From contig CAISEY010000302.1 of assembly GCA_903884435.1 (NCBI GenBank), forward strand, positions 27,873 through 91,872: a DNA stretch of 64,000 nt, in the 5' to 3' direction. Positions 31,235 to 39,962 of this stretch are shown here, one piece after another. This DNA is from an uncultured Hyphomicrobiales bacterium (GTDB lineage Bacteria; Pseudomonadota; Alphaproteobacteria; Rhizobiales; Beijerinckiaceae). Numbering within the stretch: the stretch's first letter is position 1; each line of letters begins with the position of its first letter. Made by a program: the position numbers and the translations under genes. The notes beneath the pieces were generated by a model. It was not told the DNA's origin, searched no databases, and was given only the letters and a program-made list of their open reading frames with translations.

Positions 31235-32266
31235 TCAGCGGAACATGTCGATGTAGATTTTCGCCCAGCGCTCGTAGTCTTTCGCGGTGTCGTCGGGCGT
31301 GAAGAAATTCGCCTTGAAGCCGCCGCTCTCCGGGGCGAGTTCGGGCATCCCCGGCGACATGCCGGCGCGCGTCGGAAAATAATCGGCCTTCTTGAACAGT
31401 TCCTGTCCCTCCGCCGACAGCATGAACTCGACGAAGAGTTGCGCCGCGTTGGGATTTTTCGACCCGCTCGTGAGCGTGACGAGCGTCATCTGCACCATCG
31501 CGGGCTCCATCTTCACCCATTGCGAGGGCGCGCCCTTCCTGGCGCTGAGCGCGGCGTGATGATTGAAGATTTGCAGCGCGAGCGGATATTCTCCGGCGAT
31601 CAACTGATCGACCACGGCGCGGGCGCTGCCGCCGAACGACTTGATGCGCTGTTGCGAGAGCCTGCGAAGATAATCCATTCCCTTCTCGTCGCCCATCGCG
31701 CGCAGAACGTTGCCGATGAAGCCTGGCGCGCCCGAGAGATCGTTGGGCTTCCAGACCATCTTGTCCTTCCATTTGGGATCGAGCAGGTCCTCGAAGACGC
31801 GCGGTCGGTCTTTTTCGGGCACGAGGTCCGTGTTCACCGCTGGCGTCATCACGTAATAATTCGTGGAGACCCAATAGTTGTTCCTGTCGCGGAATTGCCG
31901 GGGTATCTCGTCCGCGTTGCCAGGCGTGAACCGGCGGACGGCGCCCGCGTCGATCAACGATTGCAATCCGCTCGTCAGCCCGAACACGTCGGCCTGCATG
32001 CGCCCGGCCTTGTGTTCGTTGATCAGCTTGACGGACGTGTCCTGACTGTCGGCGCGGGAATATTCAACCTTGACGCCATATTTCGCCTCGAAGGCGCCGA
32101 CGAGGGGACGCACGATCTGATCGATGATGAGATCCGTGTAATAGAGGAGCTTGCCTTCCGCCTTCGCCTTCGCGATCAGTTCGGCAGATGGCTCGGCCGC
32201 GCGCGCCGCCGCTCCCGCCAGCACGAAGGCTCCCGCCACGACAAGCCGCGCCACGCGTCCGCGCAT
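31235..32266 (-). CDS. ABC substrate-binding protein (AfuA-like)
   Basis: Start MRGRVARL with signal peptide; AKAEGKL, DLLDPKWKDK, NPNAAQLF. Confidence 0.85.
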   Translation of the reverse strand: MRGRVARLVVAGAFVLAGAAARAAEPSAELIAKAKAEGKLLYYTDLIIDQIVRPLVGAFEAKYGVKVEYSRADSQDTSVKLINEHKAGRMQADVFGLTSGLQSLIDAGAVRRFTPGNADEIPRQFRDRNNYWVSTNYYVMTPAVNTDLVPEKDRPRVFEDLLDPKWKDKMVWKPNDLSGAPGFIGNVLRAMGDEKGMDYLRRLSQQRIKSFGGSARAVVDQLIAGEYPLALQIFNHHAALSARKGAPSQWVKMEPAMVQMTLVTLTSGSKNPNAAQLFVEFMLSAEGQELFKKADYFPTRAGMSPGMPELAPESGGFKANFFTPDDTAKDYERWAKIYIDMFR

Positions 32267-32298
32267 TCGCTCCTCCCACCATACGACCATTCCAGCAA

Positions 32299-32361
32299 AT
32301 CGTGCCACAGGAGCCGCCCGCGCGCAATGAAACTTGCGCCGCGCGCGGCCTGTGGCACAAT
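32299..32361. promoter_or_regulatory. Symmetric back-to-back putative promoter pair / operator palindrome
   Basis: GTGCCACAGG(32302-11)...CCTGTGGCAC(32349-58) is a perfect 10-bp inverted repeat enclosing GCGCAA-tgaaac-TTGCGC. It reads TTGCGC-N16-CACAAT on + and TTGCGC-N17-CACGAT on -. Confidence 0.45.
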
Positions 32362-32370
32362 GGCGCGACA

Positions 32371-32400
32371 CTTGGGGAGTGGCGACTTGGAGAGTGGCGA
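32371..32400 (+). repeat. 15-bp tandem direct repeat containing the RBS of the nitrile hydratase-like operon
   Basis: CTTGGGGAGTGGCGA / CTTGGAGAGTGGCGA (14/15 identical) directly before ATG 32402. Confidence 0.7.
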
Positions 32401-32401
32401 C

Positions 32402-32749
32402 ATGCGCGGACCTCACGACGTTGGCGGCCTGCCGGAAGGACCAGTCGACACGGAAGATCACGTTCTCACGTTTTGGGAAAAGCAGGTCGATGGTTTACGC
32501 GCGGCGGTTGGCGCGAAGGGCCTGATGACCAGTCACGAAAGCCGGCGCGCGGTTGAATCGCTCGGCGACGACGCGCACCGGAACATGAAATATTACGAGC
32601 GCTGGACCGCCGCGCTCTGTCGCAACATGATCGACAAGGGAGTCCTCACGCAGGACGAGGTCGACGCGAAGGTCGCTCTCGTTCGCCGCCGGCTCGCGGA
32701 AACCGGCGAACTCGAACTCGCGACCGCCGGGGGAGAGCCGCGCGGATGA
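32402..32749 (+). CDS. Nitrile hydratase beta N-terminal-like subunit (ScnB-like)
   Basis: PHDVGG, WEKQ, ESRRAVESL, YYERW, KGVLTQDE. Confidence 0.85.
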   Translation: MRGPHDVGGLPEGPVDTEDHVLTFWEKQVDGLRAAVGAKGLMTSHESRRAVESLGDDAHRNMKYYERWTAALCRNMIDKGVLTQDEVDAKVALVRRRLAETGELELATAGGEPRG

Positions 32750-33027
32750 CGAAATTCTCGCCAGGCGAACCCGTCGCCGTTCGGGACGACTATCCGCCCG
32801 GACACATCCGCACGCCCGTCTATCTGCGCGGCAAGCATGGCGTCGTGCTGCGCTGCTTCGGCGAATTCGCCAACGCGGAGGTCGAGGCCTATGGACGCAA
32901 GGGGCCCAAACGCCACGTCTACAAGGTGCGCTTTGTCGCGCGCGATTTATGGAACGATTACAAGGGCGCGCCGAACGACGCCGTCGAGGCCGACCTTTAC
33001 GAACACTGGCTGGAGAAGCTGCCATGA
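32746..33027 (+). CDS. Nitrile hydratase beta C-terminal SH3-like subunit (ScnA-like)
   Basis: KFSPGEPVAV, GHIRTPVYLRGKHG, YKVRF..DLW, DLYEHWLE; ATGA overlap. Confidence 0.87.
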   Translation: MTKFSPGEPVAVRDDYPPGHIRTPVYLRGKHGVVLRCFGEFANAEVEAYGRKGPKRHVYKVRFVARDLWNDYKGAPNDAVEADLYEHWLEKLP

Positions 33028-33683
33028 GCGCGCGTCCACACGACCATCATGACCACGATCACGACGATCATGAACACGCGCACGCGCCGCCGCAGCCCGA
33101 CGACAAGGTGCATTCCTACTACCAGATCCTCGGCATCGCGCTGAAGGAACTGCTGATCGAGAAAGGCGTCGTCACCGCCGCCGACGTGCGCCGCAACATC
33201 GAGGCGCGCGATTCCATCACGCCCGCCAACGGCGCGAAAGTGGTGGCGCGCGCCTGGATCGATCCGGATTACCGCGCTCGCCTGTTCGCCGACGGCAACG
33301 CCGCCGCGGCGGAACTCGGCTTCTCCATCGCCAACACGAAGCTCGTGGCGGTGGCGAACACGCGCGACCAACACAACGTCGTCGTCTGCACCCTGTGCTC
33401 CTGCTATCCGCGCGATCTGCTAGGCCTGCCGCCAGCCTGGTACAAAAGCCGCGCCTACCGGGCCCGCGTCGTGCGCGAGCCGCGCGCGGTGCTCGCGGAA
33501 TTCGGCACGACGCTTCCCGACGACGTGGCGGTGCGCGTCCACGATTCCACCGCCGACATGCGCTTTCTCGTCGTGCCGCGCCGGCCGGAGGGAACGGAAG
33601 GCATGAGCGAGGAAGCGCTGGCCTCCCTCGTCACGCGCGATTCCATGATTGGCGTCGCCATCGTCGAACCTCCGGAACTTTGA
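33024..33683 (+). CDS. Cobalt-type nitrile hydratase alpha / thiocyanate hydrolase gamma-like subunit
   Basis: Metal-binding VCTLCSCYP (Thr/Tyr = Co-type), GAKVVARAW, WYKS..YRAR, DSTADMR, VTRDSMIG; His-rich N-terminus. Confidence 0.92.
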   Translation: MSARPHDHHDHDHDDHEHAHAPPQPDDKVHSYYQILGIALKELLIEKGVVTAADVRRNIEARDSITPANGAKVVARAWIDPDYRARLFADGNAAAAELGFSIANTKLVAVANTRDQHNVVVCTLCSCYPRDLLGLPPAWYKSRAYRARVVREPRAVLAEFGTTLPDDVAVRVHDSTADMRFLVVPRRPEGTEGMSEEALASLVTRDSMIGVAIVEPPEL

Positions 33684-33690
33684 GATCGCC

Positions 33691-34536
33691 ATGAAAGCCT
33701 CGGACATCCGCCTCGACAAGCGCGTCGCCATCGTCACCGGCGCGGGCAATGGCATGGGAAAGTGCATGGCGCAGGCGCTGGTGCGCGCCGGCTGCGACGT
33801 TGTCTTCGCCGATCTCGACGTGGCGGCCGCGGGCGCCGCGGTGGCGGAAGCCGCGTTCAAGCCTGGATGCGGCAAGGCGCTCGCGGTGCCGTGCGACATC
33901 ACGAACCGCGAGGATTGCGAACGCACGGTCGGCGAAACCGCCCGGCTTTTCGGCGCTCCGCACATCCTCGTCAACAACGCCGGCAAGGGGCCGCTGCATG
34001 TCGAGAACGCCGCGGCGACGAAATCGCTGAAGTTCTGGGAAGCCGATCCGGACGCCTGGGCGAAGGTGATCGAAACCAACGTCACCGGCACGTTCTTCAT
34101 GTCGCGCGCGGCGGCGCCGAAAATGATCGCGGGCGGATGGGGCCGGATCGTCAACGTCACGACCTCGCTTTCGACGATCCAGCGCCGCGAGAACTCGCCC
34201 TATGGCGTCAGCAAGGCGGCGATCGAGACGGAAACGCTGATCTGGGCCAAGGACCTCGAAGGCACGGGCGTCACCTGCAATTCGCTGATCCCCGGCGGCG
34301 CGGTGAACACGCACTTCGTGTCGCTCGCCGCGCGACAGGAAGCCGAACGCGGCGGCCGGCCTTTGCTCGAATCCGAAGTGATGATCTCGCCGATCCTGTG
34401 GCTCGCCTCGACGCTCTCCGACGCGATCACCGGCAAGCGCTATGTCGGCAAGTTCTGGAAACCGGACATGGACATCGAGGACGGCGTCGCCGCCGCGCTC
34501 GAGGCGCCGGTGCTGTTGCGGCCGGACCGGGCGTGA
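33691..34536 (+). CDS. Short-chain dehydrogenase/reductase
   Basis: TGAGNGMG, NNAG, YGVSK, LIPGG; 7 bp after the NHase alpha stop. Confidence 0.88.
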   Translation: MKASDIRLDKRVAIVTGAGNGMGKCMAQALVRAGCDVVFADLDVAAAGAAVAEAAFKPGCGKALAVPCDITNREDCERTVGETARLFGAPHILVNNAGKGPLHVENAAATKSLKFWEADPDAWAKVIETNVTGTFFMSRAAAPKMIAGGWGRIVNVTTSLSTIQRRENSPYGVSKAAIETETLIWAKDLEGTGVTCNSLIPGGAVNTHFVSLAARQEAERGGRPLLESEVMISPILWLASTLSDAITGKRYVGKFWKPDMDIEDGVAAALEAPVLLRPDRA

Positions 34537-34555
34537 TTCGTTCGCGCCCGGAGGG

Positions 34556-35590
34556 TCAGCGCTTTTCCAGCTTCTCCCGCACGATTTTCGTCCCCGCGAC
34601 CATCGCGCAAATCTTCCGGTAAGCCACGTCCCGCGGCAGATATTTCAGGCCGCAATCCGGCGCGACGACAATGCGCTCCGCCGCGACATGTGGCAAAGCC
34701 CGTTCGATGCGCGCGGCGACGACCCCGGGCGTTTCGATCTCGTTGCTTCCAAGATCGATCACGCCAAGCACGATCATTTTCGACGGCATCTGTTTCAGCA
34801 CGGAAAGATCGAGGTTGGGCTGCGCCGTCTCGATGGACACCTGTTGAACGCGCGAGGGTTCGAGTTCTGTCAGGAACGCGTAGCCCGGCGGCTTGTTCTT
34901 CACCAGCGCCGCGTAACCGAAACACAGGTGAATGATCGTCGGCACGTTGACGCCCTCGAGCGCGCGATCGAGCGCCGCGACGCCAAAGGCGCGGGCCTGA
35001 TCGGCGCGCGCCTGCATGTAGGGCTCGTCGATCTGCACGTAGTCGGCGCCGGCGGCGACGAGGTCCCTGATCTCGTCGTTGACGCAGGCGGCGTAGGCCA
35101 TCGCCATTTTCGCGTCGTCGCCATAATGAAAATCCTTCGCCTGCATGGCCATCGTGAAGGGGCCCGGCACGGTGATCTTGATCTTTCTCGTCGTGTTGGC
35201 GCGCAGAAACTTCACGTCCTCGACCTCGACGGGATGCTTGCGCCGCAGCGGGCCGATGACGCGCGGCACGAGGTCCGGCTTGCCGCTGCGGCTCGGCACG
35301 ACGGCGGGGTTGCCGATGTCGAGCCCCTCGAGCGCGGTGGCGAAGCGGTTGGAGTAGGACTCGCGCCGCATTTCGCCATCGGTCACGATGTCGATCCCGG
35401 CGCTCTCCTGCGCGCGAATGGCGAGCAGGGTCGCGTCGTTTTGCGCTTCCTCCAGGAACTCCGGCGCGACACGCCAGAGTTCCTTCGCGCGCACCCGCGG
35501 CGGCGGACGCGTCGACAGCGTCGGCCGGTCGATCAGCCAGTCGGGTTGCGGATACGAACCGACGATGGTGGTGGGAAGCAGCATGTCCAT
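34556..35590 (-). CDS. Cobalamin-independent methionine synthase catalytic-domain-only (MetE core) family, Zn-thiol alkyltransferase
   Basis: TTIVGSYP, DGEMRR, PGPFT, QIDEP; Zn ligands HLC...E...PDCGL; only 344 aa, lacking the N-terminal folate barrel. Confidence 0.85.
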   Translation of the reverse strand: MDMLLPTTIVGSYPQPDWLIDRPTLSTRPPPRVRAKELWRVAPEFLEEAQNDATLLAIRAQESAGIDIVTDGEMRRESYSNRFATALEGLDIGNPAVVPSRSGKPDLVPRVIGPLRRKHPVEVEDVKFLRANTTRKIKITVPGPFTMAMQAKDFHYGDDAKMAMAYAACVNDEIRDLVAAGADYVQIDEPYMQARADQARAFGVAALDRALEGVNVPTIIHLCFGYAALVKNKPPGYAFLTELEPSRVQQVSIETAQPNLDLSVLKQMPSKMIVLGVIDLGSNEIETPGVVAARIERALPHVAAERIVVAPDCGLKYLPRDVAYRKICAMVAGTKIVREKLEKR

Positions 35591-35603
35591 CTCCAGACGC
35601 GGC

Positions 35604-37931
35604 TCACGCCGCCGATTTTTTCGAGGCCTCGTCGATGATCCGCCACAGCCGTTCCGGCGTCGCGGGCATGTCGATGTGCGTCACGCCGAGATGCGAAAGC
35701 GCGTCGACGAGCGCGTTGGCCATCGCCGGCAGCGCGCCAACGCATCCAGCCTCGCCCGCGCCCTTGGTTCCCAGCAGGTTCGTCTCGGTGGGCACCGGAC
35801 AGGATTTGATGCTGACGTGCGGGAACAGTTCCGCGTGCGGCATCGGGTAATCCATGAACGAGCCCGTGAGAATTTGCCCGGAGGACGGATCGAAGCGGAT
35901 TTCCTCCATCAGCATCTGGCCGATGCCCTGGGCGATGCCGCCGATGATCTGGCCCTTCAGCAACATCGGATTGAGCACGGTGCCCACGTCGTCGGTGACG
36001 ACGTAGTTCTCGAGACTCACGACGCCGGTTTCCGGATCGATCTCGCATTCGATGACGTGACAGCCGTTGGGATAGTTCTGCCGCACCGTGTGATAGGCCG
36101 CGTTGGCGTTGAGACCAAGCTCCATGCCCTTCGGCAGGTTCTTCGGGCTCGTCGCGGCTTTCGCCACTTCCTTCATGGTCAGCGTGCGGTTGGTCTCGCG
36201 GCTGGAGAACACGCCGTCCGCGAGTTCCACCTCGTTGACCTGCAGCATGTGCGCGGCGATCTTCCTGGCCTTCTCGGCGACCTTGTTGGTCGCGCTCAGC
36301 ACCGCCGAACCGCCGATGGAGGCCGTGCGCGAACCGCCGGTGCCCTCGCCGAAAAACACCTGGTCCGTGTCGCCCTGGAGATAATGAATCTCGTCGGGGT
36401 GAATGCCGAGCTTGTCGGACACGATTTGCTTGAACACGGTCTCGTGGCCCTGCCCCTGCGTCACCGAGCCCGCGAGCACCGTGACCGAACCCGTGCGGTC
36501 GAAGCGCACTTCGGCGCCTTCGTAACCGGGGCCGGCCGCCTTTTCGATCGTGTAGGAAAGGCCGATGCCGCGCAACTTGCCGCGCTTGCGAGCCTCGGCG
36601 CGGCGGGCTTCGAAACCCTTGTAATCCGCCATGTCCAGCGCCTGGTCGAAGACCTTTTCGAACTCTCCGCAATCGTAGTTGAAGGAGAGCCCCGTCTGGA
36701 ACGGCATGGCCGAGGGCGGGATCATGTTGATCCGGCGAATGTCCGCCGGGTCCATGCCAAGTTCGTCCGCGGCGAGATCGACGATGCGCTCGATGACGAA
36801 GGCGGCCTCGGGGCGGCCGTTGCCGCGGAAGGGCCTCATCGGATTGGTGTTGGTGTAATAGGCGGTGACGTCGACGTGGATCGCGGGCGTGAGATAGACG
36901 CCGGCGAGCGTGCCGATGTTGCTGTAGGCCCCGGAATCCGTGCCGGGCTGCGTGTAGGCGCCGCACTGATACAGCGTCTTGATCCGCAAGCCGAGGAACT
37001 TGCCGCTTCTGTCGAGCGCGAGTTCGGCGTCGGTCACGTTGTCGCGCGCGTGCGCGTCGGACACGAAGCTCTCGGCCCGGGTCGAGACCCATTTGACCGG
37101 ACGACGCAGAAACTTCGACGCCATCAGCACGAGCCCCGGTTCGTTGAAGACGCCGGACTTCATGCCGAAGCTGCCGCCAATGTCGCCCGCGACGACGCGC
37201 AGTTTGCTCTCGGGAATGTTGAGGGTTTCGGCGAGTTCCTCGCGATAGTTCAGGGCGCGCTGAAGCGTCGTGAAGATCGTGTAGCGGTCCGCGGCGAAGT
37301 CATAGGAACCGATGGCGGCGCGCGTCTCCATCGTCGCGGCGGTGACGCGGCTGATCTTGAAGCGCTTCTTCACCACGATCGGCGCCGAAGCGAGGGCCTT
37401 GTCCGTCGCCTCCTTGTCGCCCTCGAGATGCACGAAGCAAATGTTGTCGGCGCAATCGTCCCAGACGAGCGGCGCGCCGGGCTTCGCGACCTCGACGAGT
37501 TCGGTGACGCAGGGCAACGGCTCGTAATCGACCTCGATGAGCTCCGCGGCGTCCTGCGCCTGAGCGGGGGTTTCCGCGACGACGAAGGCGACGGGATCGC
37601 CGATGTAACGGGCTCGATCCTTCACGAGGCCCGGGAAACGCGGGCGATACATGGGCGAACCATCGCGTTTTTTCTTGCCGGCGGCGCGCGGCAGATCGCC
37701 AAAGCCGGAGCGCTGCCAGTCCTCGCCGGTGAAAACGCCGACGACGCCGGGCATCTGTTGCGCGGCGCGCGTGTCGATGCTCCTGATTTTCGCGTGCGGG
37801 TGCGGCGAGCGCAACACGTGGCCGAAGGCCATGTTGGGAAGCGCCATGTCATCGACATAGTTGCCGCCGCCCCTCAGCAGGCGCGGATCCTCGAAACGAG
37901 AGATCGGCTGGCCAATTGCAAACTCACCCAT
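35604..37931 (-). CDS. Xanthine-dehydrogenase-family molybdopterin large subunit (CoxL-like #2)
   Basis: IGQPISRFED, IGGSFGMK, loop PFRGNGRPE, QGQGHET, KGAGEAG. Confidence 0.9.
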   Translation of the reverse strand: MGEFAIGQPISRFEDPRLLRGGGNYVDDMALPNMAFGHVLRSPHPHAKIRSIDTRAAQQMPGVVGVFTGEDWQRSGFGDLPRAAGKKKRDGSPMYRPRFPGLVKDRARYIGDPVAFVVAETPAQAQDAAELIEVDYEPLPCVTELVEVAKPGAPLVWDDCADNICFVHLEGDKEATDKALASAPIVVKKRFKISRVTAATMETRAAIGSYDFAADRYTIFTTLQRALNYREELAETLNIPESKLRVVAGDIGGSFGMKSGVFNEPGLVLMASKFLRRPVKWVSTRAESFVSDAHARDNVTDAELALDRSGKFLGLRIKTLYQCGAYTQPGTDSGAYSNIGTLAGVYLTPAIHVDVTAYYTNTNPMRPFRGNGRPEAAFVIERIVDLAADELGMDPADIRRINMIPPSAMPFQTGLSFNYDCGEFEKVFDQALDMADYKGFEARRAEARKRGKLRGIGLSYTIEKAAGPGYEGAEVRFDRTGSVTVLAGSVTQGQGHETVFKQIVSDKLGIHPDEIHYLQGDTDQVFFGEGTGGSRTASIGGSAVLSATNKVAEKARKIAAHMLQVNEVELADGVFSSRETNRTLTMKEVAKAATSPKNLPKGMELGLNANAAYHTVRQNYPNGCHVIECEIDPETGVVSLENYVVTDDVGTVLNPMLLKGQIIGGIAQGIGQMLMEEIRFDPSSGQILTGSFMDYPMPHAELFPHVSIKSCPVPTETNLLGTKGAGEAGCVGALPAMANALVDALSHLGVTHIDMPATPERLWRIIDEASKKSAA

Positions 37932-37951
37932 GGTTCATCCCTTTCGAACGG

Positions 37952-39079
37952 TTATTTCTCTGGATTCATGTATCTGGCGACGCGTCGCACGACGCCGGGC
38001 GGCATCGCCCAGGCGGTCTTCATCAGGTTCTCGACCTCCTCGCCGCCGACGGCGTCGATTTCCATCTGCCGGCGCGTGGCTTCCGCGAGGAAAGCCGGGT
38101 CTCGCAAAGTCGCCATCAGCGCCCCGCGCAGGACTTCGATCCTGTCCCGCGGCACGCCGGGCGGCGCGATGAACGGACGCCCGGGCACGAGCGACATCGC
38201 CATGAGTTCGATCGTCTGGCGCGCCTCGCCCTCCGGCGTGAATTCGCCGATGAGCGGGACATCGGGCAATTCCGGGTGCTTTTTCAACGCGAATTGCACG
38301 AGAAGATTGAGCTTTTTTTGCTCGATCCATTCGGGCTTCGTGCTCTTCAGCGTCGACCAGAAAATCGTCGGGTGGCCCTCGACCTCGCCGCGCTCCATGG
38401 CGAGCAGACCCTCGTTGCCGCCGGGGTAGCCGGCGACAACCCTGATTTTGGCGCCCGCCAGATCGTTCATCGCCGCGGCGTGGAAGGCGCTGATCGAACC
38501 GGCCGCGACGGCCATCACGGTCTCGCGTTCTTGCAAGTCCCGGAAGGTCTTCGTCGGCGAGGCGTGCCATGTGAAGACCAGCGCGGTCTCGCTGTTGGCC
38601 GAGCCAAGATAGTTCAGTTTCAGCGCGTCGAATTGCGCGCCGGCCTTGCCAAAAAGAGGATCGAAGGGAACCGTGTTTTGAACCTGTCCAATCACCGTTC
38701 CATCCCGCGGCGCCACGTTGGCGAGATAATTCGCGGCGACGAATCCGCCCGCGCCGACCATGTTTTTCGGCACCACGCGAGGGTTGCCGGGAATGTGCCT
38801 TTCCATGTGCTGCGCGATCAATCGCGAATAGGCGTCATAGCCGCCGCCCACGCCGGAGGAAATCACGAGATCAATGGACTTGCCGCGCCAGAAGGCTTCC
38901 GGGGTCTGCGCGAGGGCGGGGTTGGCGAGGAGGAGCGCGGCGACAAGGGCGACGCCTCCCGTCTCCCGCGAAGCGGGAGAAGGCAGCCCCGCGTAACGGG
39001 GGCGGACGGGGGCGCCGGGTCGTTCACCAAACTGATCCGGGCGCCGCGCGTCCACGTTTCCCACCGATTCGAGCTTCAC
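37952..39079 (-). CDS. Tripartite tricarboxylate transporter (Bug/TctC-like) substrate-binding protein; start uncertain (GTG 39079 or 39055)
   Basis: GGGYDAYSRL, HIPGNP, NMVGAGG, APRDGT, GYPG..LAMERGEV, HPELPDVP, APPGVP. Confidence 0.8.
   Translation of the reverse strand: MKLESVGNVDARRPDQFGERPGAPVRPRYAGLPSPASRETGGVALVAALLLANPALAQTPEAFWRGKSIDLVISSGVGGGYDAYSRLIAQHMERHIPGNPRVVPKNMVGAGGFVAANYLANVAPRDGTVIGQVQNTVPFDPLFGKAGAQFDALKLNYLGSANSETALVFTWHASPTKTFRDLQERETVMAVAAGSISAFHAAAMNDLAGAKIRVVAGYPGGNEGLLAMERGEVEGHPTIFWSTLKSTKPEWIEQKKLNLLVQFALKKHPELPDVPLIGEFTPEGEARQTIELMAMSLVPGRPFIAPPGVPRDRIEVLRGALMATLRDPAFLAEATRRQMEIDAVGGEEVENLMKTAWAMPPGVVRRVARYMNPEK
38959..39014. repeat. REP-like composite palindrome, copy 1 (inside the 5' end of the TTT SBP reading frame)
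   Basis: TCTCCCGC-gaa-GCGGGAGA stem plus second hairpin and CGGACGGGGGCG end; inverted relative to the copy at 39086-39133. Confidence 0.7.
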
Positions 39080-39085
39080 CCCCGA

Positions 39086-39133
39086 CGCCCCCGTCCGGCC
39101 TTCGGCCGCCTTCTCCCGCCTTGCGGGAGAAGG
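39086..39133. repeat. REP-like composite palindrome, copy 2
   Basis: CGCCCCCGTCCG-GCC-ttcg-GCC-G-CCTTCTCCCGC-ctt-GCGGGAGAAGG. Confidence 0.75.
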
Positions 39134-39154
39134 TCAGCCGGCCGGCGATTGGTC

Positions 39155-39952
39155 TCACTTCGCCAATGCTTCCACGCAGCGGCGCGCGTAAACATTCACC
39201 AGATGCGCGCGATATTCGGCGCTGCAATGGATGTCGCCAAGCAACCCTTCCGCGGGAATTTTGATGTTCGCGACCGAAGCCGGGGCGAAGCTCTTCTCCA
39301 GCGCGGCTTCCATCTCCTTCACGCGGAAGGCGCAGGGGCCCGCGCCCGTCACGGCGACGCGCACCTTCGAGCCGTAACGCGCCACCATGACGCCGACGAC
39401 CGCGTAGCCGGAAGCGGGATGGCGGAACTTGAGGTAATGCGCGGCGTCGGGAACCTTGAAGCGAACCGCGGTGATGATCTCGCCGGGATTGAGCGCCGTT
39501 TCGAACAGGCCCCTGAAGAAATCGTCGGCGGCGATCTTGCGCTCGTTCGTCTCGACAACCGCGTCGAGGCCAAGCACCGCCGCCGGGTAGTCGGCCGCCG
39601 GATCGGAATTGGCGATCGAGCCGCCCGCGGTGCCGCGATGCCGGACAGCGGGATCGCCAATGCCCCCGGCGAGAACCGCGAGCGCCGGGATCGCCTTCCG
39701 CGCGTCGTCGGAAGCCGCGACGACCGCGTGTTGCGTCATCGCCTTGACGACGACCTCCTTGCCCTCGACCGAAACGCCCCGGAGCGCGTCGATCTTCGCG
39801 AGATCGATCAGATCGCTCGGCTGCGCGAGACGGTTCTTCAGCGTCGGCAACAGGGTCATGCCGCCCGCGAGCAATTTCGGATCCTCGGAGGCCTTCAGTT
39901 TCGCGGCGGCGTCGGCGACGCTGGCGGCGCGGGAATAATTGAAATTGTGCAT
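39155..39952 (-). CDS. Xanthine-dehydrogenase-family FAD subunit (CoxM-like)
   Basis: LAGGMTLLP, IGDPAVRHRGTAGGS, DPAAD, SAEYRAHL. Confidence 0.9.
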   Translation of the reverse strand: MHNFNYSRAASVADAAAKLKASEDPKLLAGGMTLLPTLKNRLAQPSDLIDLAKIDALRGVSVEGKEVVVKAMTQHAVVAASDDARKAIPALAVLAGGIGDPAVRHRGTAGGSIANSDPAADYPAAVLGLDAVVETNERKIAADDFFRGLFETALNPGEIITAVRFKVPDAAHYLKFRHPASGYAVVGVMVARYGSKVRVAVTGAGPCAFRVKEMEAALEKSFAPASVANIKIPAEGLLGDIHCSAEYRAHLVNVYARRCVEALAK

Positions 39953-39962
39953 GGGTCGCTCC

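Noticed and set aside
31070-32401. 559-aa ORF suggesting a long N-terminal fusion to the nitrile hydratase beta-like subunit
   Set aside because: The upstream part is antisense to the binding-protein gene; the real start is at 32402 (or 32360) behind an RBS
35591-35603. Cobalamin or SAM riboswitch ahead of the MetE-like gene
   Set aside because: Only 13 bp separate it from the upstream gene
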